A stretch of 64,000 nucleotides of DNA from Verrucomicrobiota bacterium (GCA_019244415.1 JAFASN010000112.1:2265-66264); one strand, 5' to 3'. Counted from the stretch's first letter, positions 27,358 to 37,081 are shown. Translations and numbers: made by a program. The notes: generated by a model from the sequence alone, not told the origin.

Positions 27358-29738
27358 AGGTTCTTCGCCCGCCAGGTCGGGTGGCTCAGGCTGCCTTCGG
27401 CCCGGTACTCAAAGAATTTGTAGAGCGGCGTGAGCACTGCGCCTGCGCCGGTCGCCTGCACACGGACGTCGAAATCGATTTTGTCGTCGAGAAAATGTGA
27501 ATCGCCGTGGCCGATCATCCCGAAAGTACCGGCATCAACGTGAAAATCCGGGGTGCGGATGACGCCGTCGTGGATGGTGAACGACATGCTCGCCTTGCGT
27601 GCGACGCGGTAGCCGACGCCGGGAATGATCGCATCCAGCATGTTCGATAACGGCCCGAAAAGCGGCACCGCGAAAACGTCGCCGTTGCGCACATCGACCT
27701 CGCCCTGGCCTGTCATAGTACGGGCATCATCGCCGTTCCCGCTCCAATCGTAGTGTCCGCTCATCGACCCATGCGCGGTCTCGTAGCCGAAGTACAGGTT
27801 GGTCAGGCGCGGGAAATCAACGCCGTCCGCAGTGATGCTGGCACGATAATGTTTGTCGTTTCGCGCCAGTGAAATATCGGCATTCCCGGAAATCGCGCCG
27901 GAAAAGATCGAGCCGTTTAGCTGCGCGATCTGGAGCCGGTCCTTGGTCACGATTAACGTCGCGGCGACATTATCGATCGGCAGCGTTTTGCCCAGCAACA
28001 CGTACTCCATTCTGCCTGGTGAGCTGACACTGATCTCGAGGTGCGTACTTTTGCCGCCGCGGAACTGATAAACGCCGTCGGCGGTGATCACCGGTGGCGC
28101 GCTGAATTTGTACGGTTTGATGATCTTGAGCAGATCGGGATCCACCCAGGGGATCGTTTCCGCCGGCCGCAAGGTTGAGTGAATGGTACTCACGCGCGTT
28201 TCATGGTGCGCGAAATCGTAAGTGAACGTGCCGGTGGCGCTGCCCTCATCGCGCGTGACGTGGAAATTCTCATAGGTGACGGCGCCGTCGCTGAAATGTA
28301 CCGCGGCCGATGCCTTGTTAAAGGCGACGCCGCGGAAACGGCCGCGCTCGAGCTGCACCTGTCCGTCACCTTTCCATGTCGCCGGGTCGCGGCTCCTGCC
28401 GCGGATCGCCAGGCGCACGTTTGAGGCATGCGGCCAATCCCATTCCCGCGCGAAATCGCGTACTCCGGGCGGAGCGAGAGATCGCAGCGCATTGGCGTCG
28501 ATGGTGCTGGTGAAATCGAGGCGGAAATCGCCAGGCGCATCGAGCAATTGCGCCACCAGCTCGCCGCTTTGATGCCGCACGTGAACGTCTCGCAGCATGG
28601 TGCGTGTACCGTCCCAGGAGAATTCCGCGCTCGCACCATTGAACGGGATAAGTTTGTAGGAAAAACGATCAACAGCGGCACGCCCGATCGTCTGCCATGT
28701 CAAACCGCCAGCGCTGATTTTCCCCGTCCCGGAGACTTCCAGGCGTGGCGGGCTGAAGAAAGTGATGTCACTGAACGGCCCGGCGATGCCAAACCCATCC
28801 AGCAACGCGCGCAAGTTGATGCTGCTACGCGCTTGGAATTCCAGTGCGCCATCGGCGCGACGCCAGAGTGCGTTAGCGTTCAGACCCCCGAAATAATCCT
28901 GCCATTCGCATTCAGTGATGCGCAGCTCCTGCTCCGCGAACTCGCCGGCGATTCGCAGTCCGCGGCACTCGTATCCGTCGCGGCGGATGCGATCTCCCCG
29001 CAGAGTAGCGTCCACGCGCGCGTCCTCGAGCTGCGCGACGTCGCCGGAAAACTTCAATTGCAGCTCAGGCGCGCTCTCAAAGCGGAACTTGCCGAGCTCA
29101 TCAACAACGCGCTGGAGTAACGTCAGCCGTTGCTGCCATTCCTGCGGCGATATCGGTTGCGAAGGCGGTGCGTTGCTGCGTTTGATGAGCTGGCCGCTGG
29201 CCGAAACGTGAATTCCGCAAAACATGCCATCGGCCTGGCTGACGTAGATTTGCTCCGGCGGAAAATAGACATGCGCGCGCAGTTTCCGAATGATGGCACG
29301 ACGCGAGTCCGGCGCGGCATTTGCCGGCAGCGGCAAAATGACCTGGGCGTCGCGAATATCGATCGCATTAAGGAATGGCTCGCGCTGCATCAACGCGGCG
29401 TAATTCACGTCGAGGGAAACGCGGCTGATCTGCGCGATCGTGTTCTCCCGGTGTTTGTAATCAAAGATGCGCACGTCCTGAGCGATGAGGCCGCGGAATG
29501 GGTCCAGCGTGAGGCGTCGCACGGAAGCTTCCACACCGCGTTTGTGCAGTTCGCGCACCACGAGCGCGCGCCATGACTGGCCGAAGCCCCGCTCGGCCAG
29601 GTACCAGCCGCCTGCAACCAACGCGCCGAGAGCGATGACCAGCAGCAGGCGTACTATTGTACTCAGGATGCGCCACGCGAGCGAAGGAGCCTCACGCGTG
29701 CGGATGACCGCGCTTTCCGGAAGCTCAGCGACGCGCAT
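27354..29738 (-). CDS. AsmA/TamB-like large envelope protein
   Basis: 794 aa with an N-terminal TM anchor, then long beta-rich sequence. VRRLTLDPFRGLIAQDVRIFD resembles AsmA-family N-termini (recognition only). Confidence 0.55.
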   Translation of the reverse strand: MRVAELPESAVIRTREAPSLAWRILSTIVRLLLVIALGALVAGGWYLAERGFGQSWRALVVRELHKRGVEASVRRLTLDPFRGLIAQDVRIFDYKHRENTIAQISRVSLDVNYAALMQREPFLNAIDIRDAQVILPLPANAAPDSRRAIIRKLRAHVYFPPEQIYVSQADGMFCGIHVSASGQLIKRSNAPPSQPISPQEWQQRLTLLQRVVDELGKFRFESAPELQLKFSGDVAQLEDARVDATLRGDRIRRDGYECRGLRIAGEFAEQELRITECEWQDYFGGLNANALWRRADGALEFQARSSINLRALLDGFGIAGPFSDITFFSPPRLEVSGTGKISAGGLTWQTIGRAAVDRFSYKLIPFNGASAEFSWDGTRTMLRDVHVRHQSGELVAQLLDAPGDFRLDFTSTIDANALRSLAPPGVRDFAREWDWPHASNVRLAIRGRSRDPATWKGDGQVQLERGRFRGVAFNKASAAVHFSDGAVTYENFHVTRDEGSATGTFTYDFAHHETRVSTIHSTLRPAETIPWVDPDLLKIIKPYKFSAPPVITADGVYQFRGGKSTHLEISVSSPGRMEYVLLGKTLPIDNVAATLIVTKDRLQIAQLNGSIFSGAISGNADISLARNDKHYRASITADGVDFPRLTNLYFGYETAHGSMSGHYDWSGNGDDARTMTGQGEVDVRNGDVFAVPLFGPLSNMLDAIIPGVGYRVARKASMSFTIHDGVIRTPDFHVDAGTFGMIGHGDSHFLDDKIDFDVRVQATGAGAVLTPLYKFFEYRAEGSLSHPTWRAKNL

Positions 29739-29852
29739 GGCAATTCAATCGCGCGCCGCGCTGTCGCTTTCAACCACATGCCTCGGCGACCAGCGAGGAA
29801 TCACGTTGCGCCGCCGCGAAGCTTGCGGCACGAGATGTCTCGTGAGCTCGAC

Positions 29853-30284
29853 ATGACAGTTAACGACCTGCCTGCGATCAACGCCTCATTGAATTTCATC
29901 AGCACGGTTTTCATTTCTGCCGGCTGGTTTTACATCCGGCGCAACGCCTGGCAGCGGCACGTGCCCTGCATGATCGCGGCGATTGTTTCCTCCACCTTGT
30001 TTCTCGTCGGCTACCTCGTTTATCACGCGCACGCCGGCGAAAAGTCGTCCGGCTACACCGGGCTGATTGCGGCGATCTATTTTCCGATTCTAGCCAGCCA
30101 CGTGCTGCTCGCCTTTGTCACGTTGCCGCTCGTGGTACTTACAGTGCTGCCTGTTTTTCAACGCCGCTGGGATAAACATCGGCGGCTCGGCCGTTGGACC
30201 ATGCCGATCTGGCTCTACGTCTCGGTTACGGGCGTGTTCGTTTACCTCATGCTCTACAAATGGTTCCCGCCGCGCCCGCACTAA
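29853..30284 (+). CDS. DUF420 family membrane protein
   Basis: LPAINASLNFISTVFISAGWFYIRRNAWQRHVPCM and four TM helices. An alternative start is at 29835. Confidence 0.7.
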   Translation: MTVNDLPAINASLNFISTVFISAGWFYIRRNAWQRHVPCMIAAIVSSTLFLVGYLVYHAHAGEKSSGYTGLIAAIYFPILASHVLLAFVTLPLVVLTVLPVFQRRWDKHRRLGRWTMPIWLYVSVTGVFVYLMLYKWFPPRPH

Positions 30285-30293
30285 TCTCAGTAA

Positions 30294-30320
30294 GAGTACG
30301 AGTACAAGTACGACGAGTAG
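30294..30320. repeat. tandem hexamer RAGTAC x3 plus degenerate unit
   Basis: gagtacgagtacaagtacgacgagtag, read directly, 10 nt after the DUF420 stop. Confidence 0.6.
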
Positions 30321-30336
30321 TGAACATCTTGCACAC

Positions 30337-30356
30337 GCGCGGCAATTGTTGTTTGC
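30337..30356 (+). promoter_or_regulatory. 20-nt motif GCGCGGCAATTGTTGTTTGC, copy 1 (8 nt before ATG 30364)
   Basis: Identical 20-mer recurs at 34700..34719, also upstream of a + strand gene. It contains the GGCAA-N7-TTGC(C/T) inverted half-sites. Confidence 0.35.
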
Positions 30357-30363
30357 TCGCGAG

Positions 30364-30780
30364 ATGGTGACGATCGCGACCTTCAACGAACAGGCCAAAG
30401 CAAAACATTTGCGCGACCGTTTTCAACAGGCAGGTGTGCACGCGGACGTTCTCGGTGAGGGCGCGATCCAGCGCGTGGCGTTCATGTCCAAGCCGCAGGC
30501 TAACGTGAAGGTGAAGGTGGAAGAGGGCGATTTCGAGAAGGCGCAGAAGCTGATGCGCGAGTGGGAGTCGGGGGACCCGGAGATCGGCTGCGCGATGCGT
30601 TGCCCGCAGTGCGGCTCGGCCGAGATTGAGTACCCGCAGCTGACACGAAAATTTCTCACGCCGGCGATCGCGAGCGTGCTCTTTGCGCTTAAAGTTTTCC
30701 CGAAGGAATTCTATTGCCAATCGTGTCACTACACCTGGCCGGATAAGGAAGTGCCGGAGAAGGAGCAGTGGTGGCAGTGA
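30364..30780 (+). CDS. DUF2007-like small domain fused to a C-terminal zinc-ribbon and TM segment
   Basis: MVTIATFNEQAKAKHLRDRFQQAGVHADV (DUF2007-type start), CPQCGSAE...CQSCHYTW (CxxC..CxxC). Confidence 0.55.
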   Translation: MVTIATFNEQAKAKHLRDRFQQAGVHADVLGEGAIQRVAFMSKPQANVKVKVEEGDFEKAQKLMREWESGDPEIGCAMRCPQCGSAEIEYPQLTRKFLTPAIASVLFALKVFPKEFYCQSCHYTWPDKEVPEKEQWWQ

Positions 30781-30846
30781 AGGGGTGACGTGCGGGAGTG
30801 TTTCGCAACTGGGCCGCGCTTGTTGACGTGCTCGCCGCCGTTTCCT

Positions 30847-30939
30847 GTCATTCTGAGCGGAGCGAAGCGGAGTCGAAGAATCCCGTGGCGAAATCTGTAA
30901 GATAATTTATCGGGGTCCCTCGACTTCGCTCGGGATGAC
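30847..30939. repeat. palindromic REP/MITE-like intergenic element, copy 1
   Basis: The left arm is gtcattctgagcggagcgaagcggagtcgaagaatcccgtggcg. The right arm is ggggtccctcgacttcgctcgggatgac. The right arm is nearly identical to that of the copy at 38071..38162. Confidence 0.7.
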
Positions 30940-31012
30940 GCACGTTTTGCGTGATTACGCGACGACCCCCGCGCGCTGACATGGCGCGCAAATTGCGCAT
31001 CTTCCTTCGCTC

Positions 31013-31852
31013 ATGAAGTGGCTCTTCGCGCTCTTGCTGGCGCTCGCGATTTTCGGCGGCGCCTATTACTTCAGCTATAACGTTCTTTTCAAGCAGCAGA
31101 TCGCCGTCCAGCAGGAACAACGCGGCGAAATCGCGAACACACCGCCGCCTGATGTGAGTCTGCCGGAGTTCCAGGCCGCGGCGAAATTGCGCCAGGATGG
31201 CAAGCTGCTCGAAGCACGCGACGCGCTGATTGCATTTATCGGGAAATATCCAAACGGCCAGCACTTCGAGGAAGCGAAAGACATGCTCGGCGCGGTCAAC
31301 ACCGACATCCTTTTCTCGCCCGTCCCTTCGCCGGAAAAACGGGAATACATCGTCAAAAAAGGGGACGTGATCGCGCGCGTCGCGCAGCACATGCACAGTA
31401 CGCCGGAGTTGATCATGCGCACAAATAACCTCAGCTCGACCATGCTGCGCATTGGTGAAAGACTGCTCATCTCAAACCCAGAGTTCTCACTTTTTATCCA
31501 GACGAAAGCGAAGCTCATCGTGCTGCTTAATCACGGGAACTTCTTCAAGCAGTACCATATTCAGGAGGAAAAATTACCGCCCAAACAACCGGCGCGAATT
31601 ACCACCAGAGTCTCTGAAGTGATGGCGTGGAAGGACGGCCGGCGCGTCGGTTTCGGCACCCGCGATTATCAGACGAGTACTCGTTGGATCCGGCTGGCTA
31701 ATCCTGCTTACACCATCTACGCCATGCCCGATGCGTTCCATCCGGGGACGGATCAGCCGCCGCCGCCGCTCGGGCTCGGCGTGAGCGCCAGTGACGCCGA
31801 AGAGCTGAGCAGCCTTGTCAACGGGAAGACGCCTGTCACCATTACGGAGTGA
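31013..31852 (+). CDS. LysM plus L,D-transpeptidase (YkuD)-like domain protein
   Basis: N-terminal TM helix, TPR-like helix pair, LysM YIVKKGDVIARVAQHMHSTPELIMRTNNLSSTMLRIGERLLI, then a YkuD-like C-terminal part (assignment of the last domain is tentative). Confidence 0.65.
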   Translation: MKWLFALLLALAIFGGAYYFSYNVLFKQQIAVQQEQRGEIANTPPPDVSLPEFQAAAKLRQDGKLLEARDALIAFIGKYPNGQHFEEAKDMLGAVNTDILFSPVPSPEKREYIVKKGDVIARVAQHMHSTPELIMRTNNLSSTMLRIGERLLISNPEFSLFIQTKAKLIVLLNHGNFFKQYHIQEEKLPPKQPARITTRVSEVMAWKDGRRVGFGTRDYQTSTRWIRLANPAYTIYAMPDAFHPGTDQPPPPLGLGVSASDAEELSSLVNGKTPVTITE

Positions 31853-31931
31853 TGAAGTTGCCAGCCTGCTTCGAATTTCGGATTGCAAGTTTCGAATCTC
31901 ACCCGGGGTTGCCGTGATCGAACCGAATTTA

Positions 31932-32924
31932 ATGGACATTCAGCCGCTCGATTTCGAAAAGCCGATCGTGGAATTGCAACGCCGCTTGCAGGAAATCCGC
32001 GATCATTCTAACGAGCACGCGCTCGATTTTGACAACGAAGTCGCGGCCATGGAGGCCAAAATCGAGCGGACTCGGCGCGACATTTACGGCAACCTAAGCG
32101 CCTGGCAGCGGGTGCAGATCGCACGGCACGTGCAGCGGCCTTATGCGCTTGATTACGTGGAGCGCTGCTTCACCAACTGGACTGAACTGCACGGCGACCG
32201 CGTCTTCGCCGATGACAAAGCGATGCCATGCGGACTAGCCATGCTCGGCGAACACCGCTGCGTACTCATCACCAACCAGAAGGGCCGTAACACCAAGGAG
32301 AACGTCATGCGCAATTTCGGCTGCGCCCACCCGGAAGGTTACCGCAAGGCACTGCGCATCATGAAACTCGGCGAGAAATTTTCCCTGCCCATCATTGCCC
32401 TTATAGATACGCCTGGGGCATATCCCGGAGTCGGCTCCGAAGAGCGGCACATCGCCGAAGCCATTGCTATCAATTTGCGTGAAATGATGACATTGCGCGT
32501 GCCCATTCTCGCCGCCGTCATCGGCGAAGGTGGAAGCGGCGGCGCGCTCGGCATCGGCGTGGCCGATCACGTGATGATTTTAGAGAACGCCTATTATTCC
32601 GTGATCAGCCCGGAGGCATGCTCCGCGATTCTGTGGAAAGACCGGAGACACGCGGCAGAGGCAGCCGAAGCATTGAAGCTCACGGCGCAGGACCTGATTA
32701 ATCTCGGCGTGGTGGACGAAATCATCTCTGAGCCGGAAGGTGGCGCGCACCGCGATCACACCCGCGCGGCGGAAGTACTCGGCCACGCATTACGTACTAA
32801 CCTCGACCGGCTCTTGAAAACGCCCATTGATCAACTGCTGCAACGCCGCTACGAGAAATTCCGGCGTTTGGGCAATTTCGCTGAAATCGCGGCGGACGCG
32901 CCCGGCGACGGCGCAACCAACTAA
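31932..32924 (+). CDS. accA: acetyl-CoA carboxylase carboxyltransferase subunit alpha
   Basis: MDIQPLDFEKPIVELQRRL, RHVQRPYALDY, ELHGDR, NFGCAHPEGYRKALR, IDTPGAYPGVGSEERH. Confidence 0.92.
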   Translation: MDIQPLDFEKPIVELQRRLQEIRDHSNEHALDFDNEVAAMEAKIERTRRDIYGNLSAWQRVQIARHVQRPYALDYVERCFTNWTELHGDRVFADDKAMPCGLAMLGEHRCVLITNQKGRNTKENVMRNFGCAHPEGYRKALRIMKLGEKFSLPIIALIDTPGAYPGVGSEERHIAEAIAINLREMMTLRVPILAAVIGEGGSGGALGIGVADHVMILENAYYSVISPEACSAILWKDRRHAAEAAEALKLTAQDLINLGVVDEIISEPEGGAHRDHTRAAEVLGHALRTNLDRLLKTPIDQLLQRRYEKFRRLGNFAEIAADAPGDGATN

Positions 32925-32944
32925 CCGCTCGGGCTCATCGAGTA

Positions 32945-33724
32945 ATGACAGCGACGGGTCGTTCCTGCTTGTTTTTGTTCGCGCTTGCGATCGTCGCGCT
33001 TCCGGCACGGGCCGAGCGCCCGTTCGATTTCAAGCGCGATACGTTCGGCTTCGCGAACATGACCGTTTTCGCCTACGAAAACGGCGTGCCGCACCTGCGC
33101 CACGACGATCCGGCGAAGCAGGAGCGCTACACGCGGCGTTGCTTCGTACTCAGCCGCAGCGCTTGGCAATTCCGGAAATTCGCTCGCTTCGCTCCACACG
33201 CGCCGGCGATCGACAACGCGGAGCTCATCAGGCGCATTCGCACCGTGACGCGGCGCGCGGCATGGAAACCGGCGCTGCCGGAAAACCAGCGGATTATTTT
33301 TCCCTACGCTGACGTGCGCGCGCTCAGCGAAAAACATGGACGGCTCTTGCAGGAGAATGTCGGCCTGGGCTGGCCCACCTACTGGCGGCCGGGAAACTGG
33401 CGCGTCTTCTTCGCGACCGGCCGCGGTTATCAGGAACAGACGCACGCGCACTTGAATGAAGCGCTGGCGCGCGATGACATGTTTGTCGGTTATCTGACCA
33501 CCCTGCCGAACCTGAGCATCAATCACGCGGTACTCTTTTACTCGCGCAGGACTGATCCGAAAAACGGCATCGACCATTATCTCGTTTACGACTCCAATCA
33601 CCCGGAAGCGCCGCGCCATCTCACCTGGTCAGACCGGGACCGCTCGTTTTCCTACGAAAAAGACTGGGACTTCGTGGGCGGCAAGATTCGTGTGTACCAG
33701 GTTTACGGCAAAGCGTTTCAGTAA
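32945..33724 (+). CDS. secreted hypothetical protein (259 aa)
   Basis: Signal peptide MTATGRSCLFLFALAIVALPARA. Ordered Cys (YTRRCFVLSRS), His (INHAVLFY) and Asp (LVYDSNHP). No family recognised. Confidence 0.55.
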   Translation: MTATGRSCLFLFALAIVALPARAERPFDFKRDTFGFANMTVFAYENGVPHLRHDDPAKQERYTRRCFVLSRSAWQFRKFARFAPHAPAIDNAELIRRIRTVTRRAAWKPALPENQRIIFPYADVRALSEKHGRLLQENVGLGWPTYWRPGNWRVFFATGRGYQEQTHAHLNEALARDDMFVGYLTTLPNLSINHAVLFYSRRTDPKNGIDHYLVYDSNHPEAPRHLTWSDRDRSFSYEKDWDFVGGKIRVYQVYGKAFQ

Positions 33725-33762
33725 TGGCTCTCTAGCGACCGCGCGGCGCTAAACGGAGAACC

Positions 33763-34611
33763 TCAGCGCGTCATTGCCAGGTGCCCCACCGTTTTCACCG
33801 CCGCCGTTTGGGACATCGGCGGAAAAAGGAACCGCAGCATGGGATTTACGCGGGCGGCCCATGCGCTCTCAGTGTGACCTGCCCCTTGTTCTTCCGTGTA
33901 CTGGAGGTCGTCGTGCAAATGCCATCCCTTCTCGACCAGCGCATCGCGCAGAGTACGTGTGCGCTCCCATCCCGGTTCGTGCGTGCCGATGTCGAGCCAA
34001 ATCCGCAGCGGCAGCTTGTCGTCCAGCTCTTCCACCATGCGCACGATCACCTGATCATCCCACCAGACCGACGGCGACATCACCGCGAGCCGCGTGAACA
34101 CATCAGGAAAGTACAGCCCCAGCGCTAACGTCACCAGGCCGCCCAGCGACGATCCGCCCAGACCGGTGAATTCCCCTTCCGGCCGTGTGCGATAGGTCGC
34201 ATCGATGAACGGCTTAAGTTCCTGGGCGAGGAATTTCCCGTGCTTACGCGCCAGCCCGCGGCTGCGCTTGTTCTTTTGCACGCCCGCTTCGGCCACGGCG
34301 CGCGTGGGTGTGTACTCATGGATGCGCTCGTTTCCCATGTTCGCCACCGCCACGATGATCAGCGGCTCGATCAGCCGTTTCCGAATCAGCCGTTGCGCCG
34401 TCTCGTCCACGCCCCATTCCACGCCGCCGAAAGCGGTCGCGGCATCGAAGACGTTTTGCCCGTCGTTCAGGTAAAGTACGGGGTAACGCCGCCGGAGGAA
34501 GCGATTGTAACCTGCCGGCAAGTACACCAGCACATCGCGCCGGTTACCAAGCGTGCGCGATTCAAAACCTTTATGCTGCTGAATGTTCCCGGTGAGTGTG
34601 TGGTCAGGCAT
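33763..34611 (-). CDS. esterase family alpha/beta hydrolase (enterochelin-esterase-like)
   Basis: RRYPVLYLNDGQNVFD and nucleophile elbow GGSSLGG. Confidence 0.8.
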   Translation of the reverse strand: MPDHTLTGNIQQHKGFESRTLGNRRDVLVYLPAGYNRFLRRRYPVLYLNDGQNVFDAATAFGGVEWGVDETAQRLIRKRLIEPLIIVAVANMGNERIHEYTPTRAVAEAGVQKNKRSRGLARKHGKFLAQELKPFIDATYRTRPEGEFTGLGGSSLGGLVTLALGLYFPDVFTRLAVMSPSVWWDDQVIVRMVEELDDKLPLRIWLDIGTHEPGWERTRTLRDALVEKGWHLHDDLQYTEEQGAGHTESAWAARVNPMLRFLFPPMSQTAAVKTVGHLAMTR

Positions 34612-34699
34612 GATTTGCGAAGGACTTCGCGCTTCTCACGCGAGATGGACGCAACAAAACGAAGACGGAATTTACACGATTATGCCCCATTCGGTTCGG

Positions 34700-34719
34700 G
34701 CGCGGCAATTGTTGTTTGC
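34700..34719 (+). promoter_or_regulatory. 20-nt motif GCGCGGCAATTGTTGTTTGC, copy 2 (35 nt before ATG 34754)
   Basis: Exact repeat of 30337..30356. Here the half-sites GGCAA/TTGCC are perfectly complementary. Confidence 0.35.
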
Positions 34720-34753
34720 CATCACCTGAATCGTGTTAATCCTCTTCCGCCTT

Positions 34754-35467
34754 ATGCAGGAACGGTACATCCGGTGGTGGACCCCGCACCTAAGCCGCCA
34801 CTTCGAGATGCTCGTCTTCGGCAGCGGCCGCGGTCTGCCGCTCATCCTTTTTCCCACCTCCTTCGGCCGCTATTCGCAAAATAAAGACTTCGGCGTAATC
34901 GATTCCGCTGCCTGGTTCATCGATCACGAGCGCGTCACCATTTATTGCCCGGACGCCATCGATCTCGAGAGTTTCTACAACAGGCAAATCCATCCCGCCG
35001 ATCGCATCAAAACGCACATCGCGTATGAGAACGTCATCGTGCGCGACGTGTTCGATTTCGCCCGGCGCGAGGCGGGCGTGCACCGCGTCGCTCTTTGCGG
35101 CGCCAGCCTCGGCGCGTACCACGCGGCAAACATCGCCTTCAAATATCCCGATGCTGTTAGCAATCTCATCAGCCTGAGCGGCGCGTTCGATATCAGCGAT
35201 TTCTTCGCGGGCTATCACGACGACAACATCTACTTCAACTCGCCTTACGAGTACCTGCCGAACATGCCAGACCCATGGAAGTACAACCACATCAACATCA
35301 TCATCGGCACGGGCGAATGGGATAACACCCGCCACGAATCACTCCGGCTCAGCGGCATTCTCAACGCCAAAGGCATCCGCCACTGGTTGGACGACCGCAG
35401 ATGGTGCGGCCACGACTGGAAGTACTGGCGCGACATGCTGCCGTACTATTTGGCAACGATCCAGTGA
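34754..35467 (+). CDS. esterase family protein (alpha/beta hydrolase)
   Basis: FEMLVFGSGRGLPLILFPTS, nucleophile elbow CGASLGA, C-terminal GHDWKYW. Confidence 0.7.
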   Translation: MQERYIRWWTPHLSRHFEMLVFGSGRGLPLILFPTSFGRYSQNKDFGVIDSAAWFIDHERVTIYCPDAIDLESFYNRQIHPADRIKTHIAYENVIVRDVFDFARREAGVHRVALCGASLGAYHAANIAFKYPDAVSNLISLSGAFDISDFFAGYHDDNIYFNSPYEYLPNMPDPWKYNHINIIIGTGEWDNTRHESLRLSGILNAKGIRHWLDDRRWCGHDWKYWRDMLPYYLATIQ

Positions 35468-35590
35468 GTTGACCGGCAAACGCAGCTTTCATCGGGATCT
35501 GTCGCTCTCGCGCTTGACAAGATTACGCGATTTGAGCAGCATCGTCGTTCTCGTTGCCTTCCCCCCGAGAGTCAGAAATCTCATACCCCC

Positions 35591-36943
35591 ATGCATACTT
35601 TCTACGTACACCTACGGCGAATGGTCGGCGCGATTGCATTGAGCAGCGCGCTTTTGTTTTGTGTCACAACTCGCGCCCAATCAGGCTCACCGCAGAACGG
35701 TGATGACCTCTATTGGATCGGCAATAACACGCAGTCGTGGACTGATCCGGCGCTGATTTGGTACGACGAAGGCGCGGGCTCGAGCAATCCCGTGCAAGGA
35801 CCGGTCTCAATCAGCAACGCGACCAGCAACACCTACGGATTCTTTTTCATCGGCAACAACAGCAGTGGAGGAACCACCTACGGAACTGTGGCGCCCACAG
35901 GAATGGGATTCAGCCAGACTCTCTACGCGAATTACATCAGCTTCCTGGACGGCTTTAATAGCACCAATACGACAACCATCGGTCGCACAGTCAACGACAG
36001 CCTGGCCAATCCGCTCAACATGGAAAGCGGCTGGGAAATCGCCGATCGCGGCGTCGGCGGCACGGTCACATTCCAGCAGTACGCTCCGGGAGTAACACCC
36101 AGCACCTTTGGCGGCATGTACATCAATCTCGATGCTTCCGGCAGTATCGTGGCCGTCACAGGCTCCAATGTCGTTATCAATACAAACGTCACCGGCTCGG
36201 GCGGGCTGACCATTGATAAGCCGCCGACGGACAACGGCGCCGGCGGCACAGTCACGCTGCAGGTGAATAACAACAACGGAAATGAGTACACTGGCGGCAC
36301 AACTGTAAACGCCGGGACGCTCGTCATCGCCAACCCGTACTCAAGCATATCCTCCGCTACCGGCACCGGCCCTATCACCGTCAATTCAGGCGGCACCCTG
36401 GCCGGCCACGGTTTGGCTCTCGGCAATACGACGATCAACACCGGCGGGGTACTTTCGCCTGGCACCGGTAGCTCCCCCGGCATTCTTACCGTTGGCTCGA
36501 ATCAGGTCGGCGGTGGTCTAACTATTCATGGTACTCTGGACATCAACATCTCCGGCGGAGGCACGACGGCCGGAGTTAATTATAGCCAGGTGGACGTGCT
36601 CGGTAGCCTCACGCTCGATGCAACTAGCGCGCGGCTCGTTGTGAATGCGCTTAATCCTTCCGCTCTTCAGATTGGGCAGAAGTTTGATATCGTGCTTGAT
36701 AATGGTTCAGCGCCCACTGTCGGATTCTTCAGCGGTTTACCCGAAGGATCCACCGTCACCGACTCAGCGGGCGACACCTACAAAATCAGCTACCTGGATA
36801 ATGGCGACGGCGGTACGGTGCCAAACGACGTCTCGCTGACCGTCGAAAGTTTAGCCGTGCCCGAACCTTCGACAGTGGCAAGTTTTCTCGCTGGATCGTC
36901 GTTGATAGGGCTCGGAATGTTTGTCCGGCGCCGGCGTTCCTAA
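35591..36943 (+). CDS. PEP-CTERM-anchored protein with autotransporter-associated beta-strand repeats
   Basis: Signal peptide, repeated GGTTVNAGTLVIAN / GPITVNSGGTLAGHG units, and C-terminal VPEPSTVASFLAGSSLIGLGMFVRRRRS (PEP motif, TM helix, basic tail). Confidence 0.85.
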   Translation: MHTFYVHLRRMVGAIALSSALLFCVTTRAQSGSPQNGDDLYWIGNNTQSWTDPALIWYDEGAGSSNPVQGPVSISNATSNTYGFFFIGNNSSGGTTYGTVAPTGMGFSQTLYANYISFLDGFNSTNTTTIGRTVNDSLANPLNMESGWEIADRGVGGTVTFQQYAPGVTPSTFGGMYINLDASGSIVAVTGSNVVINTNVTGSGGLTIDKPPTDNGAGGTVTLQVNNNNGNEYTGGTTVNAGTLVIANPYSSISSATGTGPITVNSGGTLAGHGLALGNTTINTGGVLSPGTGSSPGILTVGSNQVGGGLTIHGTLDINISGGGTTAGVNYSQVDVLGSLTLDATSARLVVNALNPSALQIGQKFDIVLDNGSAPTVGFFSGLPEGSTVTDSAGDTYKISYLDNGDGGTVPNDVSLTVESLAVPEPSTVASFLAGSSLIGLGMFVRRRRS

Positions 36944-37081
36944 CCATAGCAATTGGCGCCGCAGAATCAGGAAACGCTGCACCGCTGATGAATGTAGCGG
37001 TTTTAGGAACTCCGCATTGAAGCGACGACAATTTCGTTGCCAAATCGCGCCGGTTCGCAACGATGGCGCCTGCGCATCGCT

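Noticed and set aside
30848-31396. 182-aa minus-strand ORF, plus the ORFs 37986..38237 and 38059..38331
   Set aside because: They run through the palindromic REP-like elements (SEAEGSRG/ERSRGIP-type translations) and are antisense to better-supported genes. These are typical repeat-derived spurious ORFs.
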